DNA of 64,000 nt. Origin: Sphagnum compactum. Lineage: Eukaryota. This document shows positions 23,400 through 35,883 of this stretch, piece after piece. The notes beneath the pieces are model-generated. The model saw only the letters and a program-made list of their open reading frames with translations. It did not search any database and had not been told where the DNA came from. The stretch lies in the NCBI GenBank assembly GCA_965153455.1, contig OZ234493.1, forward strand, positions 17,970,213-18,034,212, in the 5' to 3' direction. Each line of letters begins with the position of its first letter. The stretch's first letter is position 1. The position numbers were made by a program, and so were the translations under genes.

Positions 23400-26300
23400 A
23401 TCATGAATAATGTTTGTTTTGATTATTTATAAACATCATTGATGACTAGAGCATGCACCTCACTAGATGATGCATGTACATCTAGTGCTCCTAATGCAAG
23501 TTGTGTGTTGAGATTTTTTGTTGGCCAATCAACATTAGTTATGTAATCAAGGCCTTGGGATGCAATGCAAATACGCACATCCAATTTGTTGAATTTTAAA
23601 TGTGGTTTAGACTTCATGAGATTATCCAATTTGCTAATAGCTAAACTTGATTAGAATTGGGTATCTTCTAGTAACTTTGGGTGACCATTCATTTGTTGAT
23701 CTATCGAATTGTGGTCTACTAGTGCCATGGTTCCTAATTGACCATCCTCCCCAATTCTAACACAAGGGTGCACATCTTTGTCATCACATGTTTTGTGGTG
23801 CACAATCCTATTCGAAAACACCATCATAAAAGGCATGGTCATCACTATTGTGACTTCAACATCTTGCCCCACAAACAACCATTCCCCAACTAAGTACGTT
23901 TACATGTGACAATCCCTTATCTTCCTCCATGTTGCTGCCATTTATTCATGTTCTATTGATTCAAAACTTGGAATGCCTCCTAACCCAATACCTCGAAAAA
24001 TAGTTGATAATGGTAAAAGTTACCATGTAACACCACAACCCAAAAACTTGCCACATATTGCATCTTGTTATAGCAAGATTAGACTCTACATGCATGATGC
24101 TACACATTACATATTGGTAATAATTGTAAAATCCCAAGTTTTAAAAAAAAGGGTTATAATGTTAAAAGGTTGCCATGTTACACCACATCCCATAAATTAG
24201 CCATTGCATGTTATAATTTGTTTTAGCAAGTGAGTAGAATGGTACATGATGATACACATGACACATTGTTAATATTTTCAAAAGCAATGTTCTAATGTGT
24301 TTTGGCAATAACCCAAACAAAATCAATGTCTTCTTGTCACATCAACCATTTTGTGAGTGTGGAATCAAAAGAATTCCCAAGTGCACCCCATTCATGAATT
24401 TGCCACCCATTGATGAAATCCTTCCTGTTGTTGACTACAAATTTGGATGGATCGCAATATGACATTTTGTGACTAAGTGTAGAAGTTTGGCCACCATGTT
24501 GAATAATCTTTTAGGTGTTCAAATTCTTTCTGGACTTGGGCTTGTTAAACCTCTTGAGCCAATGACCCCACCCCACCTACAAATAACATGGGCCCTTCTT
24601 TTTACATGATGGCCAAGATTGTTTGCCATTGCGTTTTGTTGAGTCTTTTTAAAAGCCCTCATTTGTAGTTCATTTCAATACCACCATGGAATGTTTATCG
24701 CTTTTGAGAATGTGTAAGCTTAAGAAACTTTGCACACCATGGCATTGGTAGAATATACCAACCCTTTCCATGTTACAAATTCCATCACATATGATTATGG
24801 CCTCATTTTGTTGTGTGTCCAAGGAAAGGTGGGCAAGGGCCCGTAATGATGGAATTGTCATGAAGATGTGAAAGATTGGGTGCCAACCCCATTTTCTTCG
24901 TTCAACTTCTGGAGCAACAACTTGATCAAAGTCTTGCATTTTATTTTCAACATATGAAGCAATCATTTTTCACGTTCCTCCCACCATCGGGCTTTAAGCA
25001 TTTTATTATATCATTTGAATAACTTGTATTCAACATTTTCAACCAATGTTTTGAATTCGTTGTCCAAAGTTGCAAGGATTATCACATTATTAACAATCAT
25101 ATTCACTTTATTTCGTTGGGATTCAATACAACAATGTTGCATAGGAAAATAAATGAAATGAAAGTTAGAAGTTGGGTTTAGGGGGAGAAAACGGACTATA
25201 CGTTATATGGTTTTATAGCAGAATCTAACCATAGTAGCATGTTTTAGCATGTGACATGGCAGAAAGTGTTACACATGAAAATAAATGGAATGAAATTCAA
25301 AGATTGGATTTTGAGACTACTTGTAAATTATAAGTATCTATTTGCAAAGGAATCAAATTAAGGTAGCATGTTACAAATTAATCCAACCAAGTGATATGTG
25401 ACATGACAAAAACGAATGAACCCTAAACCATCGATTTCATAAACCAATGACTGGCTTACTTGGTTTTTGTGAGTCCACAACCCAAATGATGCCATAAACA
25501 CAACATCAACCCATTCATCCCATCCTTCTAGACAAGCCCGATAGCTTGCAAGCTTGGCCTTGAAATCATCGAAGGAAAAGCTCTCTCAATCAAACTTGCT
25601 CAATATGTATGGAAGCAAATGAAACAAGTTGGGTTGTAACTTGATTAGCATAGGTATGAGCCTTTCCCATGGGATTGTCATGTGTTCATTAGCTTCAAAT
25701 TCCACAAGTTTCAAGTAATGCTTTCATGCACCTTGAATGTCTTTCAAATTGTGTAACTCTCGTGGAACAACATTTCGATGCAATGGAGATGGATGTAGGT
25801 ATGAAGGAATCTCAGTACTTTCATTATCCCTTCCCATGTTGGAGTGAAGCAGACTTGTTATTCCATGAATCTTCTATTGTAATGCCATGTGCAAGAAGAT
25901 CTCAAAGCCTTTGATATTTTCCTCCCCTTTGCTATCTGACTTTTCTACATTGTCAATGAGGTCAATACTTGAAAAGTGGTCTCACCTATACTACCAACAG
26001 TGGTACTTGTGTCTTGATCACTTGAAGGAACCAACTTATTATCTTTGGTAATTTGTTTTGTAATTTTGGGGTCATCAACATGTGGCTATTTTTGTGGCAC
26101 ATCCAAAATATGTTTGCTTGATGTACTTGCAGTCCACCTTTTAGGTGATGGCCCCCCTTTTAACATCATTTGTGTTCCCCATTGATTGGAACTTTCTCCA
26201 AAGCCATTTCTGCATCTACTTCAACTTCGGTCCTCAACTTCAATTGAATAACAGAAGCATCATTGTTTTCAATTTGCCGTTTTAGCTATTTCGATAGTTG

Positions 26301-26470
26301 GGCATTAGCCAAATTGGGAAACACTTGGATAAAGATGGGTTTATTTGTTCTTGGGTCAATAGGACCATCTGGCCACCCTTTAGACCTATGGTCAAAAAGT
26401 CGCAATTTACTTCACCAATCCCTTCCAAAATACACACACTAGAAGTCAGGACGATCTTTCTTACCATTTA
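23400..26470 (-). mobile_element. Fragmented transposon-like ORF upstream of the Ulp1 remnant
   Basis: Several same-strand broken ORFs (23423-23878, 24670-24966, 25455-26300 with a GTAAG donor near 25459). Homologous text is better preserved at 60438-61290. Family not identified. Confidence 0.4.
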
Positions 26471-29059
26471 ATGGGGTCACTCGTGATGAAAATATCTTCA
26501 CTAGAAACTTATTATACAGTTCAGGAATGACCCATTGTTCTATAAATGAGGTAGGTGTTAACTTCACATATTACTTCAACAACCCTTCAAACCCATTTGG
26601 CCTTCCCATCTCCTTATTCATTGTAGCCATATTAGACAAAATTTCCAAAACACAAAATTCTTCCAACTACCATTGGACTTTGTGTTGCTTCCTATGGCAA
26701 CCTAAACCCACCACCATGTTAGAAATAACCATCTCACAACTAATTGTGCCCATAGTTGTGCAAATAAATAAAGAAACCTAATAACATAAACCCTACACAT
26801 TTATTCTCTGCTCATTTGAGGGCTTTAGATTTTTACAAAGCTTCAACCCTTTGCAATGAATTCACAACTCATAGGTTCACAACACCAGATCACTAGTTCG
26901 CAACACCAAAATTATAGTTTGACACCCAAGTCATGATTACATGTTTCTTCCTAAGTGTTGTTACAAAATTAGTTCCCATGTTATAGTTCACCCCATGTTA
27001 CATCGCAAGACTCAAAATAAAAGAATATCTAAATGCAAACACTCAGATGAGGTGATTTTGCTTGCATTTGAATGTGCACATTTGGATTGCTTTATTTTGA
27101 GTGGCACGCTTCACAAATCGTGACCCCGGTTCGCACACGAAGAAAAATTCAAAAAAATTTAAGCACTTATAGCAAAATGGAAAAAAAAAACCTGAAATCG
27201 AAAACCTAATGGTTCCCCTCCATGGAGATAACTAGATTTTCTACCAAATATTTTTGATCTAATTAGACACCAAGCAATAACGCTTTCACAAATGTTACCA
27301 AATACAATATTGGTCAACTTCATAATAATGTATTCACAAACATTTGTGGAAACACACAAACCCTAAACCTTGGTGTAGTTCCATGGTAACCAAAGTTGAA
27401 TGAACTTAACAACAAAACTGAAACTCCTTTGTCAACCTTGTGATTCAAGAGGATGCACAACATCAAGATAAAGAAGTTGTTCCACCATGAAATTCACAGT
27501 GGCAAATTGTACTCAAATAGTTGGAGGATCCAAGGCATTGCAACAACACCAAAAAAGAAAGCACAAGCTAGTGACGTTGAAACACACGAGCAAAGCTATT
27601 ACAAAACGTAAACCTTAATGGGGGAAAAAATGACATCCCATGGCATGTTGTTTGCCTGCATTCCATAAGGATGGGGATGACATCACATGTTACGAAATGA
27701 GCATAACATATTCGTGTTACACAAAGGACGCCATTGGGACCAGGTTTCAGGGAAGGGAAGAACGGCTGAGGACAAAACATGTCAGGCTATACTTTTGTAC
27801 TGGTCGCAATGCAATGGGGCCCAAAATTATGAGTTGTAACTTTCCACTGAACAGCAAATGAGAGTGTCATCCAGATTCTGAAGACTTTTGTAGGGCCCTT
27901 TAAAATTAGCAGCTGAAAAGAAGTTGCCACTTAATTTTGGGAGTCCCATGCCATAGGTGACAAATACTAGTCAATGGGGATCAAGGCCACTTGTCACAAG
28001 TTCAGGAAGACTGGTGGGACGCAACCGAAGAAGAAGAAGAAGAAGAAGTATTAGGGTGGGTTTGGAGAAGGTGGTGGACGATTCAAAGATTTGCGAGGAC
28101 GACGGAGTCTGTGTCGATTTTATAACTATAAGCATTTGTAATCGATCCGAAGGTTTTGTTTGTTGTAGTGATCGGTTGCAGCAAAAATTGCGATTGTTGT
28201 TTCTTTTGCTTCTTCACCTCTGAATCGGTTTGTTCTCCCATATCTACCTTAAATTCCCCTCTGGAAGCTTTCGTCAATCCGTTAGGAACTTGCCAAGAGG
28301 TTCCTCGATTTCGAGAAGAAAGAAGAAGACGGTTGCGTACGGGGGTTGATGGTGCTAAGGATTTGCTGTAGATTGATTTAGTCTTTCGTTGCGAATTGCA
28401 AAAGAAAAAAATCAAATAGGAAGAACGGAGGATCTTGAAGAAAAAGAAAGCAAGGCCCGTAGTGGTTGTGATTGGATTGCTTTTTTGGTTCTGAGGAAGG
28501 AAAGGCAAGCTGGAGGATCTCGTAAGGTACAGAGGAGGTGGTGGTGGAGGATTGGGGAGGTCAAGTGGAGGTGCATTCGATGGAGGAGCGATATCTGCAC
28601 ATAGCCAGGCGGCAGCGCTCGACCCTTCGACCCGTCAGTCTCTAATTTGCAAACAAGGCGAGAACAAACTTCGAGGTACGACTCACAGCAATCTGACTCA
28701 TACTGGTCGCGGTCCTACTCTAGCTATGGAAGGTCATGGCGAGGAGGAGGAGGAGGAGGAGGATCTCAGGGACAGCAGGAAGTAGCTGAATCTGGCATTG
28801 ACTTCTACTGGTTTATTGGCTTCTTCGTGATCGTGGGTACGCCAGATTTTCTTTCCTCTTCAGCTTCTCCCTCTTTGTTTTTGTTTTGGTGCTTCGTTTT
28901 AGGTCAAATATTTAAGGGTTCAAACCAGTGTGGTGAGGGTACCCGGTTTGTAGTGTTAGATTCTGGGGTTCAGGTTCTTGTGCCCTGGACTGGAGGTGGC
29001 ACCCTTTTGTTGGAACTGGCAGAAGAATGGGACCAAGGAACTAGCCTTTTTACAAGATC
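25251..29059 (+). repeat. Segmental duplication, copy 1 (direct repeat of 60238-64000)
   Basis: Colinear match from GTGACATGGCA.AAA.TG.TACACATGAAAATAAATGG to TTTTTACAAGATC, with reciprocal indels (about 26460-26630 only here; about 61155-61260 only in copy 2). Confidence 0.95.
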
Positions 29060-32000
29060 TGGAACTGAGAACGAAACCACTGTTGAATACATGTTCAGGT
29101 TGTTTAGGTGGGCAAGTTGATTCTTTTTTGAAAAAGTTGGCAAGTAGGCTGAACTTTATAATGAAGTATTAATTTTCATGTAGTTGTTGAACTCTGTACC
29201 TCTACAGACCCCTTTTTTAATTTGTTGTAAAACTTATAAAATCTGGCATTCAGGAGTGTGTAGTATGTGCATGGAACCAGGCCTAGAGGTTCTTGAATTT
29301 GTAAAAAAATGTGCCAGAACCAGGACCATGGGCTTGAGAAATTGAAAGAACTAGATTCAAACCCACACCCAGAGAAACGGGGACCAGAGGTTCTCTTTAA
29401 AAGGAAGAACCGCACAATGCTGGTTCAAACCTGTTCGTGGATTGTTTTTGCTTGTTAGCTGAAATTTGTACTTCAAAGAATGGGAAAGAAAATTTCCACA
29501 CCTTTCACACAGAATCATCATCCATTTCAGTCCTGTTGTTATATCATTGTTGTTCTTTCAGCTGCTTGTAGATCTCCATTTTAATGGATGAATTTGCACC
29601 CACTGTGCGTCCCCAGTGTCGCTATGGATGCTTATCAGCCTGTATGGATCCCAAGTCTTGGAGATGGGATTATTTTATTCCCGGGTCCTGAAGGCTAGTC
29701 CTTTGTTGGTGAAGGAGATCAAGGTTGGTGAGCATTTGCTAATTGCTTATGAATCCAATGCACATGTGCCATGTTTGCGTCCGTTTTGTGCTCAGAGTTG
29801 TGGTTTGGAAATGATTCAATTGCTGGGGGTTCATAATGTTGGACCATTGTGCTGAGTATGATCATCAGTATGGTGCTTTTTTGTGTGTGAGGGTTCAGGT
29901 TCAGAATCTTGGAGGGCCTGGTCCATTTGCAATTTCATTTGCAAAGCATCCAGGTTATGGTCATCCATTCATTTCAGATGAAAAATTTAATGTGACAGTC
30001 AATCCACAGTTCCACCAGGCATGTATCTCTCTGCCCTAGTTTATGTTTGGATTTTGTGTTGGACTCTCCTGCTTTCTTATATAATGGTGGGCAATTGAAA
30101 TCACTTTGCATCCATCTGATTTTAAGCAGAATCTGATGTGGTAGTTCTTTTTAATTATCTGCAGTGATATGGATTCTGGCTGAACAAAGGCTCATCTTTT
30201 ACTCTCATATACAATGTGAAAGACTCTCAAGAAGATAGCCTGGTGCTGGCAATTGTCAGAGGTGAAAAGGCTGTTATCTTCTTTGAGTTTGTTTGAAGGC
30301 AGAGCATTCAGTCATGGTACCCATGCACAGTGCTGGTTGATAGTCAAATTGTAGATGCAGCTGCGGAGAACTCCAATGACAAGGTATATCTCCTGTGAAA
30401 AATTCATGTCATCTATTATTGACAAATGAATGCCATTTGGTTTACTGTTGCAGGTGAAGATAGCTATCAGGAATGGACAAAGTATCCAAATAATGCTCAA
30501 TTAGTATCAGCATGGAAACGGATTTATGGCAAGACATTCATTCAGGAAGTCTCTAGAGCACATGGGATGAAGTTGCATATGTTTGTTCAGCTAATTGCCA
30601 ATCTTTGTATGACCGATTGGAGCTCAGGTTTGGTGGGTTGGGAGTCTTTCATCAAACTTCTGTGCTTACATGCCTATTCTCTCTATGCAACATGCAGGAA
30701 GAGGTTCATTAAATTTTACAGTGACAGAATTTGATGACTACTATGTTGCTTTTGGGAACTTGAATGCTCATGAAATGAAGGTGGGCGGTTCAACTGCCTA
30801 TTCATTTCGTATACAAGTTTACATGAGTGTGAACAAGTCTACATGAGACTTAACTCATGTGATCTGCTTTGCAACATTGCATACAAGTCTCGATTGAGAT
30901 GCTGGTTGACAGAGGAGAGGCATACCTGCTGGCTGGGGTATTTTTCAGAACAAGAGAAACCCAGATCTGTACTTAGCTCATCAATATTGTGGTTATTTTT
31001 GTGCCAATTTCCTTCTGCTTGAAGATGCATTGCATGATTTATTTTGTTCAAGATGCGGAATTTAAATGTTCACCGGTGAATGGGAACGTTTGCTGGGTGC
31101 CTCTGTCATTGTCCAAATCCAAGTGGGTGCTAATATCTGCGCCTGACAAGAAGCAGGTATTTGAACCCTGAGTACATATCTGAGTTTTTAATGAACAAAT
31201 ATAATGTTTCGACCAGAATAACGAGTCTGTCTTGCAGTTGTTTGAAGTTTTCCTTATTGGGTGGTCTGTCCAATCATTGATTTCTGCATAACAGGATGTA
31301 AAGCTGTATTTATGAGTAAGGGCATTCTTATTCTGGTAACCTATATCTGTGAATTTTTTATATGCTGTGACCAGCCTGCCACTACTAAAGCCTTGGAGTT
31401 GGGGTCATCTGCAGGAATGGACTATCTGTATTTTGTGTTGATTCACACTGTTGTGGTTGTGCATACAGCATGTTGTTGATGTTTGGAAGGTGAAAGTCTC
31501 ATATATACCTTACTGGATTACCTACTTCATATTGTGGAGTACGTTGTTTTTCCCATCCTGGACCTGAGGGAAATGCTATGGTTTGCACTACTCAGTTTTT
31601 GTTGATTCAAGTTCTTCTATGATATTTTGATGACAATCCTGAAATTTCCCCATTGGAGACGTTTGAAGCAAGTAATTTGATTTCAACTGGGTTGAGGTTG
31701 CAGGTGTAATAGGCTTGGACTATTAGGTATGGTGCTACATAAACAAGGCAGGCAAGTTTCCACAAGTCAACAAGAGGTGGTTCCTCTCACCTCTGTAGAA
31801 CGAAATGAAAGCCTTGAAAATTTGGCAAGAGAGAGCCAGTCTGCTGACTTTTCACCAGCTTTAGGATCTGAAAACTTTCAAGGGGGACATGGAGAGCAAT
31901 CTTTGGAGCAGCTGTGCACTGTGTGCTTGGATGCACCTAAGGACAGTTTCTTTGATCCTTGTGGCCATCGCTGCACATGTTACTCCTGTGGCATGAGGTA

Positions 32001-32332
32001 CCTACCCATCATCCAATGGCAACAAATGATTCCTTTTGCAGATGTTCTAGTTGTTTGCTGGTGGGGTTTTAAGCAGCTAGGACATGGGTAGGTGTCCAGC
32101 TGCAATTGCCCATGGCTCAGCAGTGCATGTTGTGTACTGGATCAGAAATAATCTGGACCACTGCTGTAGCACAAGGACAGTTTTGTTTCTCTATAAGTTT
32201 TCTGTTTTGGAGCTTGTGGGCTGACCATGAAACCATAATCGCTTGAATTGCAGGATACAAAATGGAGACATTGCAAGATGTCCCATTTGCCAGGAAAATG
32301 TGCTTGCTGTCCGTAGGATTTATGACTCATAA
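28580..32332 (+). pseudogene. APD-like (Aberrant Pollen Development family) membrane C3HC4 RING E3 ubiquitin ligase, disabled
   Basis: Exons 28580-28836, 29617-29723, 29899-30018, 30165-30261, 30454-30528, 30698-30780, about 31052-31156, 31469-31538, 31704-31997 and 32254-32332. Motifs LYGSQVLEMG, WLNKGS, DDYYVAFGNLN, VSYIPYWITY and RING CTVCLDAPKDSFFDPCGHRCTCYSC..CPIC. Lesions: frame break after ATG 28580, in-frame TGA at 30165, missing start of exon 7, 1-nt frameshift near 31716. Confidence 0.88.
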
Positions 32333-33947
32333 ACCCTTAGAAGCAACAATCTGGCTCTGGAGCAATCTTCCTTGCTTAAGTTTTGTGACTGTAAAGCATC
32401 TGAACGAGAAAATTGCTGAGTTGGTCACTAAGGCATGCTTTTTTTCTGTTCTGTGAGTGACGATAAGCAAACCATGGTCATCTTGTGAACTGGACAATGA
32501 AAAGGTGTGTCATTGCAGTGTAGATATTATCAATTTCTCCTAGCTCATCTAATTATCCTGAAGCATTTTGCAGTGAATGCTATGATGAAAAACAATGTTA
32601 GACACTGGTAAATGCAACTATGTCTAAAGATTGTTGCAACAACTTTTAAATCTGTACAACTTCAGGTTTTGCCACCCTAGATAGACAGACTTTTTGTGTA
32701 ATCTGTGTCCTATTGTGAATCTGAACTTGTGTACTTGGGATTCACCATTTGTGACTTTGATCTGCAATTTTTATGATTGAGGTTTAGAGTTCCAAGGGGC
32801 ATCAAGAGGAAATATCAACTCTGCAGAAATTGAAACATGTTAGAACATGTGGACATTAAGTTCAATGCTGTTTTGGAGGGTACGTTATAACGGGATGAGC
32901 TTTCTTAAAACGCAACACGTCATATAACAGTATGGTGGGCATGTCATTTCATTTTACAAAATGGTCGCCCCTGATTTTTTAATTTTGGATGTGCTTTACA
33001 TTGGCAACACCCACGGAGCAGGGGCATAACTGAAATAAGTACACCACCTCAGGAGGGTCCTTATTTCAGTAATGACCCATTCCTTGGGTGTTAACCCTAC
33101 ACATGAAGTACGAGCAGAAAATTTCTAATGTATCTGGAGGACACATTATCTTGCAGAATTTCTCATTGGGAAGTGGGTATTTCAAATTTTTTCCCCTTCA
33201 TCGCTGGTGGGTATCCTGCCATATGTGCTGAGTAACAAGGGTGTTGCCCAATGTAAAGCACATTCAAAATTAAAAAAACAGGGGCGACCATTTTGTAAAA
33301 TGAAATGACATGCCCACCATACTGTTATATGACAAGTGTTCCGTTTTAAGAAATGCTCATCCCGTTATAATGTACCCTCCAAAACAGCATTGAACTTAAT
33401 GTCCACATGTTCTAACATGTTTCAATTTCCGCACAGAGTTGATATTTCGTCTTGATGCCCCTTGGAACTCTAAACCTCAATCATAAAAATTGCAGATCAC
33501 AACTCAGCAATTTTCTGGTTCAGATGCTTTACAGTCACAAAACTTAAGCAGTTTTCAAGGAAGATTGCTCCAGAGCCATATTTTGCTTCTAAGGGTTTAT
33601 GAGTCATAAATCCTACGGACAGCAAGCACATTTTCCTGGCAAATGGGACATCTTGCAATGTCTCCATTTTGTATCCTGCAATTCAAGCGATTATGGTTTC
33701 ATGGTCAGCCCGCAGGCTCCGAACAGAAAACTTATAGAGAAACAAAACTGTCCTTGTGCTACAGCAGCGGTCCAGATTATTTCTGATCACAGTACACAAC
33801 ATGCACTGCTGAGCCATGGGCAATTGCAGCTGGACACCTACCCATGTCCTAGCTGCTTAAAACCCCACCAGCAAACAACTAGAACATCTGCAAAAGGAAT
33901 CATTTGTTGCCATTGGATGATGGGTAGGTACCTCATGCCACAGGAGT
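31982..33947. repeat. Inverted repeat A: RING-gene 3' end (31982-33012) mirrored at 33239-33947
   Basis: Reverse-complement match read directly; the ORF track also shows the same peptide MSHKSYGQQAHF.. on - at 32330 and on + at 33599. About 32425-32757 is absent from the right arm. Confidence 0.97.
33018..33240 (+). repeat. Spacer element E, copy 1 (~220 bp, begins with a 58-bp palindrome at 33021-33078)
   Basis: Direct-orientation homolog of 37096-37319; forms the loop of inverted repeat A. Confidence 0.95.
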
Positions 33948-34931
33948 TGAAAGATCAACTCCTTTTCGCTTGAGGCCATATGAATTTCCCATATTTCGCA
34001 CCACTGAAATTCCTATTGCTCACTGCTCTCATAAATATTTTTCTGTTGACCTTTTGATCTCATAAAACCTGCTACAAATCCTTTGCCATCTTGAGGATGG
34101 AATATGCAATGTCATTTTGAGACTTGTCAAACACGCTTTACTTTTTCCCTCTGGCCTCCTCCATTATTATCATCATGACTTTTGTTCACATCCACACACC
34201 CACCTCTCTTTTACCAAAAAACTATAGCCAAAAGAAAACTAAGTCAAAAAAATTTTAAATGCTAAAATTAGATGCTTTTTGAGATTCTCAATAGCCAAAA
34301 TTCCACCAAATTCAAAGAAAAATCGTCAGATTTCCATACATGGTTTTCAAGTAGGTAGCCAAAAAAAGAGAAAGATGTTTAAAATTTTCTAATGCCATAT
34401 TTAGCTCATAGCCAAATCTGACTAAATCTTCCTACCGATGATAGCCACTTGGGCTATATCTCAAAACTGACCCAAAAAATATGATCCACACGTTTCCTGC
34501 TGTTTGCTGATTTCACCCAGTGCATTATTGAAACGTTCTGCCAGAGCTCATGTTGCAGGCAATGCATGATGAATTGGGCCTTGGGCGAACCGGCCAGGGT
34601 GAATTGACCCCCACATTGAGATCACCGTAAAAAAAAACCCCCAAAACCCATTCAAACGGCCATATTAGGCCCCAAAAATTATAGATTTGGACTTTGGGAC
34701 CCCGATTTAATCTAGGGAAATGATATTTTTAAATATTTAGAATATTTATGATCAATTTAAATGGGCTTTGTGGGGTCAAGCTGCCTTGGTCAGTTGAACC
34801 TGGCCTATATTAGAACCACCCTGAAAATCCAAAAGTTTTTTGGGGCAGCTTCAAAACATTATAGATACATGCAGCGTCCTTAGACAAAATCAGGGTCTCT
34901 GAATCTACAACCCGAAACCCTAAACCCAAGA

Positions 34932-35883
34932 GGCCTCACTCAAGAAGGTGAGTGTACCAGTGTAGGTGCTGGTTCGCCCTGGCCAGTGGCTATGATTGGA
35001 GGAGCCTGGGGGGAGAAGGAAAAATTACATGGACGGTCATAGCAAATAAATCCGGAGTGAAAAAACAAAAGAAATTCTGTACAGAGCAGTGATTTTTTTG
35101 GGTGAATTTTCGCAATGTGGCTACAAAATGTTTTTGAAGAAATTGGGAAAATTCGTTTCAACAGTGTGAATTCGAGAAAAAATGCTCAAAAAATGGAAAA
35201 AATGGACAAAGTTTACAAACTGCAAAATTGAGAGAAAAAGAAAAAGAAAACACTGGTACAGAGGTATATATGTATGCACTCTAAATAAAGTAAAGAAAAA
35301 CATGTTGTGAAACTAAGGGTGACTTTAGACGAGGGTCCAAGGTCCAGGGACCGATGAATTCAAGCAATCTTATTGGTCCCAAGGCCTTTAGATGAGGGTC
35401 CAAGACCAAAAAGTGGCAAATTGAGGCTAATATGGCACCTGTTTTGGAGGGAAAATCAATTGGTTCAGACCAAAAGACAGTGCTAAAAGGAGAGCTCCTG
35501 ATTTGGAGAAAGCAAGAATCAGGCTACACTCCAACTCAAGGATTCAATTTGCTTCACATGAGTCCAAATGGGTTCCTAGGAAATTGGACCTAAAGTGGGC
35601 CTAATGGTGTTTTACTGCAAGACCCTTTTCACTCCCTATGTGGAGAACCACAATCAGCACGATTGACATCCGGTGCAAAGTGCACACATGTTGGATCCCA
35701 GATGTGAGGCATTAGCCTAGTGAAAGCCAGTAACTTTTTGCTCCATTTTGGTTTTCTGACTTGCTTTGTGTTATGGTGCCCACAACCAAGTCTGTTGTTT
35801 GTGAATGAATTGGGGAAACCTGTAATTAATGGCCAGGCTGAACCTGCACCTCCATTAATACACTCACCTTCTTGAATGAGGGC
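34932..35883. mobile_element. Non-autonomous TIR element (about 50-bp terminal inverted repeats); mirror copy at 38605-39210
   Basis: GGCCTCACTCAAGAAGGTGAGTGTA.. at 34932 and ..TACACTCACCTTCTTGAATGAGGGC ending at 35883. No clear TSD. Confidence 0.55.

Noticed and set aside
30165-30167. TGA corrected by U-to-C editing or read as selenocysteine
   Set aside because: Nuclear land-plant gene with several other independent lesions; CGA>TGA deamination is the simple explanation.
33018-33240. Whole spacer E as a classical TIR transposon
   Set aside because: Only a weak terminal match (GCAGGGGCATA versus TATCCTGC/TATGCTGC) and no TSD; kept as an unclassified repeat.
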